A stretch of DNA of 64,000 bases from assembly GCA_965216465.1 (NCBI GenBank), contig CBDCFW010000006.1:160001-224000 (forward strand). Direction: 5' to 3'. Shown one piece after another: positions 59,113 through 64,000 of this stretch (its first letter is position 1; the number at the start of each line of letters is the position of its first letter). The position numbers and the translations under genes are program-made. This DNA comes from Bacteroidia bacterium (lineage in GTDB: Bacteria > Bacteroidota > Bacteroidia > NS11-12g > UBA9320). The notes below the pieces were generated by a model, which was given only the letters and a program-made list of their open reading frames with translations, was not told the origin of the DNA and made no database searches.

Positions 59113-59790
59113 ATGGCATATTTCAACCAACAATTTATTGATTTCTTTAAAGGATTAGCAGCGAATAACAGCAAAGACTACTTCGATGAAAACCGTAAGA
59201 TTTATCAGAAAGAAGTTAAGGATCCATTCTATCAACTTGTTGCTGATTGCATCGCAGAAACCGGTAAGATCGATTCCAATATCAAATCGCTGGAGGTTAA
59301 AAATGCCGTTTTTAGAATTAACCGAGACATTCGTTTTTCTAAAGACAAAACACCATACAATTTGCATGTGAGTGCTGCCATTGGTCCACAAGGCCGCAAA
59401 AACATGGAGTATCCAGGCTTATATCTTCAACTCAATATTGATCAATGTCACTTCGGAGGAGGGTGTTATATGCCAAGTAAAGAGAACCTTTCTCGCATCC
59501 GTCAATACATTATTGACCAGCCTAAAGCAGTTGAAAAAGCGTTGGCTAACAAAGACTTTAAAAGGGTTTATGGAAACCTAAGCGAAGGAGATAAAAACAA
59601 GATTCTACCTAAAGAATTTAAAGCCTTTGGAGACCAGTATCCTTTACTCTACAACAAACAGTTTTTTTATATGGCCCAGCACGACAATGGGGAAAACATT
59701 ATTTTGAAAGATGATCTGTTAGATTTTATAATTGATCATTATAAAGCAGGTCAATCCTGGAATAATGTTCTCAAAGCTGCCATGTTATGA
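59113..59790 (+). CDS. DUF2461 family protein
   Basis: L.ANN.K.YF, FRINRDIRFSKDKTPY, GGG.YMP. Confidence 0.9.
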   Translation: MAYFNQQFIDFFKGLAANNSKDYFDENRKIYQKEVKDPFYQLVADCIAETGKIDSNIKSLEVKNAVFRINRDIRFSKDKTPYNLHVSAAIGPQGRKNMEYPGLYLQLNIDQCHFGGGCYMPSKENLSRIRQYIIDQPKAVEKALANKDFKRVYGNLSEGDKNKILPKEFKAFGDQYPLLYNKQFFYMAQHDNGENIILKDDLLDFIIDHYKAGQSWNNVLKAAML

Positions 59791-60356
59791 AAAAATTAGC
59801 ACTACTATTAACCGTATCACTAGCCTCCTGTTCAGTACTTAATCTCAATCTTTCAAAAGACCTATACAAGCCTACACAATTTGTATCTGTTGAAGCATTA
59901 GACTTAAGCGAAGATGCCACTGAATTATCGACTAAAAACGATGAAGTTATGGTCTCTGTTTACTTCTGCCACAAGGACGCACCAGAGTACGTCACCAGTC
60001 AATGGCATTCAGAAATTAAAGTGTTTGAAGTAAACACTTCGCACGACTACAACCGTACACTTATGATACCGGATAGTGGTATTGTTTACATCTGCCTAAG
60101 TGAAATTGACGACGAAGAGATCTTAGATCGAACAAAGGTTCAATTGACTGAATATCTGAAGTATCGAAAAGATATGGCCTTTGACTCAAAAGCGACCATC
60201 GATGCTATGATCAAAGACAATGACTTTTTAGGGTTTGTTAAACTTCATCACCAAGCAAATAATGCAGATACTTCATTAAGCATTATAGGAGTTGACTTGT
60301 TAGACAAATTCCGTTACGAGGTAAAAGTGAAGAAAGAGATGATTCCACAAGCATAA
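59787..60356 (+). CDS. Hypothetical lipoprotein
   Basis: Lipobox LASC; ATGA overlap with the upstream gene. Confidence 0.75.
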   Translation: MKKLALLLTVSLASCSVLNLNLSKDLYKPTQFVSVEALDLSEDATELSTKNDEVMVSVYFCHKDAPEYVTSQWHSEIKVFEVNTSHDYNRTLMIPDSGIVYICLSEIDDEEILDRTKVQLTEYLKYRKDMAFDSKATIDAMIKDNDFLGFVKLHHQANNADTSLSIIGVDLLDKFRYEVKVKKEMIPQA

Positions 60357-60385
60357 TTAGAAATCTGCTTTCGCGTTATTAGACT

Positions 60386-61705
60386 ATGAAACCCTTACTG
60401 ATCGCTGTAATTGTATTGCAAAGTTTTTGGCTTTCGGCCCAGAATGTAGCTTTTGAGTTGAGCGAAATGAATTTGGCCTACATCGGACTAGAAAATCCCC
60501 TCAATGTTGCCATAAGCGGTGTAGACCAAGAAGATGTAATTGTAAAAACCTCAGAAGGATGCAGCTATGCAAATGGCAAGCTTAAAGTTACACGTAAAGC
60601 TCGATTGTGTAAGGTGCATGCCGGCTACCTCGATCAGGGTGATACGGTTTGGGTAGATTCTACTATTTTTCGTGTAAGACGGCTGCCGATGCCTAGAGCA
60701 CAACTGGGGGCAATACCAAATGACGGCCAACCAAAAGGGAAAGCGGCAATCATGACACAACAAAAACTGTTAATTTCAATGGGAGCTGGATTTGCTTATA
60801 ATTTCAGTTACTCCGTTACTGCCTATAATCTCATCGTGGTCTATAAGGATGCACCACCAGAGATGCATAGTGCTAGCAGTTCAAGATTAACCGGAGCAAT
60901 GAGAACTTCAATCCAAAAAATTAAGCCAGGCGACAAGTTAATTTTTGAGGGAATTAAGGTGGTTCAGGATAACTTTGGAACCCGTCATAATCTTTCTCCT
61001 ATCATTATTGAGGTAGCAGGAAGTTCATTAATTAATCAGTCGCATTTCGACCAATATGCCATTTTTTACAATGGTCATCAAATTGACACCCTGACGATTG
61101 GAACATTTGGTATAAATAAACGACTTCGAGAGTTTAAAACGGGAGAAGTACATTTTTTCACGTCCGATGAGTTTGGGTATCACAGAATAGAGAAAAAGTA
61201 TAAAAAGGGCATTGAAATTAGTAATGAAAGGTTTGATCACTACGGTAGAAAAGTTTCAAGTTTGATCCGAATTGACAGCAATACTTGGAATTACAGGAAT
61301 TACTATCCCAATGGAAACATAAAAATTGAAACCCTTCACAAAGAAGGTATAGTACTGAGGGCTTCAGACTCCTTATTTCACTGCAAATTTTCAGGTCATT
61401 TGGCTTATTACGAAGAAAGTTGTGAGTTCTTCGAGCAATTCAGAGAATTGGGTTTGCTTCACTTCAAACACTCAATTAACCCATCCAATTTTTTTAAGCT
61501 ATATCATGAGAATGGTGTTTTGGCTCAGGAAGGAGAACTCGCCATTATTGAAGGCGAAGATTTGCCCGATGGAATAATATGTGGGACTGGTATGACTTAC
61601 TATACCTACACCGACCACACTGTCTGTGATGGAAAATGGAAATTCTATGCCCAAGATGGTAGCTTGATCGAAGTCAAGAAATACCGCCTGGGCACAGAAC
61701 TCTAA
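60386..61705 (+). CDS. GldM-like domain fused to a MORN-variant repeat region
   Basis: MNLAYIGLENP..VA.SG, FRVRRLP.P, PGDK...E.I; YYPNG.IK, YHENG.LA.EG, DGKWKFY..DG. Confidence 0.68.
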   Translation: MKPLLIAVIVLQSFWLSAQNVAFELSEMNLAYIGLENPLNVAISGVDQEDVIVKTSEGCSYANGKLKVTRKARLCKVHAGYLDQGDTVWVDSTIFRVRRLPMPRAQLGAIPNDGQPKGKAAIMTQQKLLISMGAGFAYNFSYSVTAYNLIVVYKDAPPEMHSASSSRLTGAMRTSIQKIKPGDKLIFEGIKVVQDNFGTRHNLSPIIIEVAGSSLINQSHFDQYAIFYNGHQIDTLTIGTFGINKRLREFKTGEVHFFTSDEFGYHRIEKKYKKGIEISNERFDHYGRKVSSLIRIDSNTWNYRNYYPNGNIKIETLHKEGIVLRASDSLFHCKFSGHLAYYEESCEFFEQFRELGLLHFKHSINPSNFFKLYHENGVLAQEGELAIIEGEDLPDGIICGTGMTYYTYTDHTVCDGKWKFYAQDGSLIEVKKYRLGTEL

Positions 61706-61707
61706 TT

Positions 61708-63594
61708 CTAATCTCGCAGTAAGACCACTTTACCACTTACCCACTTCTGTCCTACGGGATATCGAATCAAGTAGATTCCACTTGCATACCCGCTCAAGTC
61801 AGCTCTCACTGGCTCTTCGGGTTGAATGTCTTTGATTATCTGCAATACCTTCCCACTCAAATCGGTAATGTACAGTTCTTTAATATTTGTGCTTGCCTTG
61901 ATGTTCACTATTCCTCTTGTTGGATTTGGATAAAAACTCCAGCTGATTGTCTCTGGTTCTACCTTGCCACTATCCTTTGGTGCGGTTAGCGTAGTATCTA
62001 CTTTCGGTGTGAAGCTTACTGATGAATCAGAATAAGATAAGCCTAAATCTGGTACGGTTTGATCACAATCTGGCAAGTAGGTATAACTCTTCACAATACG
62101 AACGAGCATTTCATTCAGCGTCTCAACTTTGTACGCATCTGTACTTGGTTCTAAATGGTCTCCTCCTATCCCACTGTGATTGGTCAAGAAGGCATATGTC
62201 CCGTTGGTAGTGAGCGCCATGCTTCTCAACAAGTATTCTGCACTTTTGTTAATTCCACTTGATACAAGAGGTACAATTCTTATTCCTTTTTCGGCGGCTT
62301 GCTCGCCTAGAACTCTTAGTTTTTCTCGAATTGCTGGATTGTTATGCGGTGGTGCATCAAGTACCAAGAAAATGATTCTCGAGCGTGCATATTCACTCCA
62401 TTCCAACCCATTAATTGCTGAATCTAATGCAACTTCAACAGCCTCTTCGTAGTCTCCTCCTCCGCCAGCACTTTGTTTCGAAATAAATGAAACAGATTCT
62501 GACAATACACGTGTGAAGTTTTGAATTCGGGTCACATATTCATCACCATGATCTCTATAGAAAACATTAGCAAAACTGAAATTCAATTCAGTGCTAATCT
62601 CTTTTGATTTGTAAATGATATCGTTTAACTCCGCCAATAAATAACGCATTTCATCAGACATACTTCCAGTAGCATCTACTACAAAAGCAATATCTACTTT
62701 CTGCGATTGATCGCATTTTGAATCTAACTTCAATTTATTGCTTCCTTTTCCAAAAGGTTTCGCATTCTTAATCGTGCGAATCTTTCCGTTATAGAAAACA
62801 TTGATTCTTAGGTTTTTTACTTGAAGGCTGTCTGCATGTTTTAACGATTGCCATAATTCAGCCTTTCCTGTATTATCTGTTCTTGAAGTAAAAAGCACCT
62901 GATTAGAAGCATCAACCAGTTGTACGGTTAGATCAATTAGTGGCAAACCATTATCCCCCATAACTTGGACCATATACCGATTTCGAGGTGCGAGTTGCCA
63001 TCCTGTTTGATATTGGTTAAGTTCTCCTTCACTTAGATCAGTCCACAGGTCCCATTTACTAAAATCGTTGATTTCGCCAGAAGTCAATCTTCCCGCTGAA
63101 ACATCACCGTCAGGAGCAACAATACTTTTCTCTTCCATAGAATAGGAATCAGCAGCAATACTAAAGTAAGCCGCTTTCGTACGGACACGACTATCAGCAG
63201 CTCCATAACCGGCCATATCATAGCTTACGGCATCTTCTTCGAGATCATCGAGGTCGACCGCTTCATACTTGCTTTCTTTATCTTTTTTAAGGCTAAAATC
63301 TTCTTTTTCATCTGTTTTTATATGAACCTCCTTGGTAATCTTCTTATGACCTGCATAGTTAATTTCACAGGTATAAACCCCGGTATCTAAGCTCACATTA
63401 AAATTTCCATCTCGGTCGGCAATTACTGAAGCTATCAAATCATCGCCTTTGTAAATATCAACGTTAGCAAACCCAAGGTCTCCTGAAGTTCCAAATGAAT
63501 TCACATTGCCGCTAAGTGACTGAGCATTTGTGTTTAACGAAGTAAATAAGCTAGCTAAAAGTAAAATAAAGAATAGTGTTAAATTGTTTTTCAT
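61708..63594 (-). CDS. VWA domain protein with type A T9SS C-terminal domain
   Basis: Signal peptide; LTSGEINDF..W; DIAFVVDATGSM MIDAS; GGGD.EEA, DAPPH; CTD YPNPT...DLSGK...GIY. Confidence 0.88.
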   Translation of the reverse strand: MKNNLTLFFILLLASLFTSLNTNAQSLSGNVNSFGTSGDLGFANVDIYKGDDLIASVIADRDGNFNVSLDTGVYTCEINYAGHKKITKEVHIKTDEKEDFSLKKDKESKYEAVDLDDLEEDAVSYDMAGYGAADSRVRTKAAYFSIAADSYSMEEKSIVAPDGDVSAGRLTSGEINDFSKWDLWTDLSEGELNQYQTGWQLAPRNRYMVQVMGDNGLPLIDLTVQLVDASNQVLFTSRTDNTGKAELWQSLKHADSLQVKNLRINVFYNGKIRTIKNAKPFGKGSNKLKLDSKCDQSQKVDIAFVVDATGSMSDEMRYLLAELNDIIYKSKEISTELNFSFANVFYRDHGDEYVTRIQNFTRVLSESVSFISKQSAGGGGDYEEAVEVALDSAINGLEWSEYARSRIIFLVLDAPPHNNPAIREKLRVLGEQAAEKGIRIVPLVSSGINKSAEYLLRSMALTTNGTYAFLTNHSGIGGDHLEPSTDAYKVETLNEMLVRIVKSYTYLPDCDQTVPDLGLSYSDSSVSFTPKVDTTLTAPKDSGKVEPETISWSFYPNPTRGIVNIKASTNIKELYITDLSGKVLQIIKDIQPEEPVRADLSGYASGIYLIRYPVGQKWVSGKVVLLRD

Positions 63595-63713
63595 AATAAA
63601 TCGGTATTGGATAAAACTATTGCTTAATACCACTTGTATCAAATAGGTAAACGGTAATTAACTATGATTCGGGTAATTGCTTATTTTTGCTCCCCGAAAA
63701 TTGGACACAAAGC

Positions 63714-64000
63714 ATGGCAAGACAACTGCAAATACGTGAAGCTCTTCGTGAAGCAATGAACGAGGAAATGAGAAAAGATCCTAGCATCCTATTAATTGGT
63801 GAAGAGGTAGCTGAATACAACGGTGCTTATAAAGTGAGTCAAGGTATGCTTGACGAGTTTGGTGAGAAACGTGTAATCGATACACCAATTGCCGAGTTAG
63901 GTTTTGCGGGTATTGCAACAGGTGCTGCCATGAACGGACTTAAACCAATTGTAGAGTTCATGACGTTCAACTTTAGTTTGGTTGCAATTGATCAAGTTAT
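63714..64000 (+). CDS. pdhB: Pyruvate dehydrogenase E1 beta subunit (3' truncated by window edge; absent from the ORF track)
   Basis: [15 protein letters not shown]...[16 protein letters not shown]...[14 protein letters not shown]...[10 protein letters not shown]. Confidence 0.93.
   Translation, partial: MARQLQIREALREAMNEEMRKDPSILLIGEEVAEYNGAYKVSQGMLDEFGEKRVIDTPIAELGFAGIATGAAMNGLKPIVEFMTFNFSLVAIDQV

Noticed and set aside
60386-61705. Toxin-antitoxin (YwqK-like) system
   Set aside because: MORN-variant repeats are generic, and no adjacent toxin gene is present
1-64000. tRNA, rRNA, IS elements, integrases, prophage or defence genes
   Set aside because: None recognised; intergenic gaps are under 200 nt with no cloverleaf or terminal repeats. 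A covariance-model search was not possible, so small ncRNAs cannot be excluded

Overview
AT-rich, very compact bacterial chromosome segment from a Bacteroidota organism. Evidence: rplM-rpsI-rpsB-tsf order, TAnnTTTG -7 promoter boxes, no Shine-Dalgarno pattern, T9SS C-terminal sorting domains and GldM-like proteins. The first ~48 kb is mostly housekeeping and envelope genes: ribosomal proteins, pyrH, dcd, dnaG, lhgO, a stand-alone MetH N-terminal domain, birA-coaX-OMP-TPR-lptC, rsfS, proS, sucD, dps and padR-pspC. It also holds a low-complexity repeat lipoprotein, a two-component cassette enclosing two unknown exported proteins, and an iodotyrosine-deiodinase-like flavoprotein. The most notable region is a ~9.5 kb putative copper-handling locus (48.9-58.4 kb). 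It encodes three MbnH/MauG-like di-heme proteins, two MbnP-like WxW proteins (one with a T9SS secretion signal), a TonB-dependent receptor, an HMA-MauE fusion and small metal chaperones, with no methanobactin biosynthesis genes. It is split into two sub-operons. Each opens with a Cys-rich, signal-anchored leader ORF ending PPD-x10-QxFxx-stop, and in each the stop codon lies in an RNA stem that pairs with the initiation region of the next gene. This suggests duplicated metal-sensing ribosome-stalling switches. Many genes also appear to be leaderless. No rRNA, tRNA, CRISPR array or mobile element was recognised. All calls come from motif recognition by eye; no database search or RNA folding program was run.
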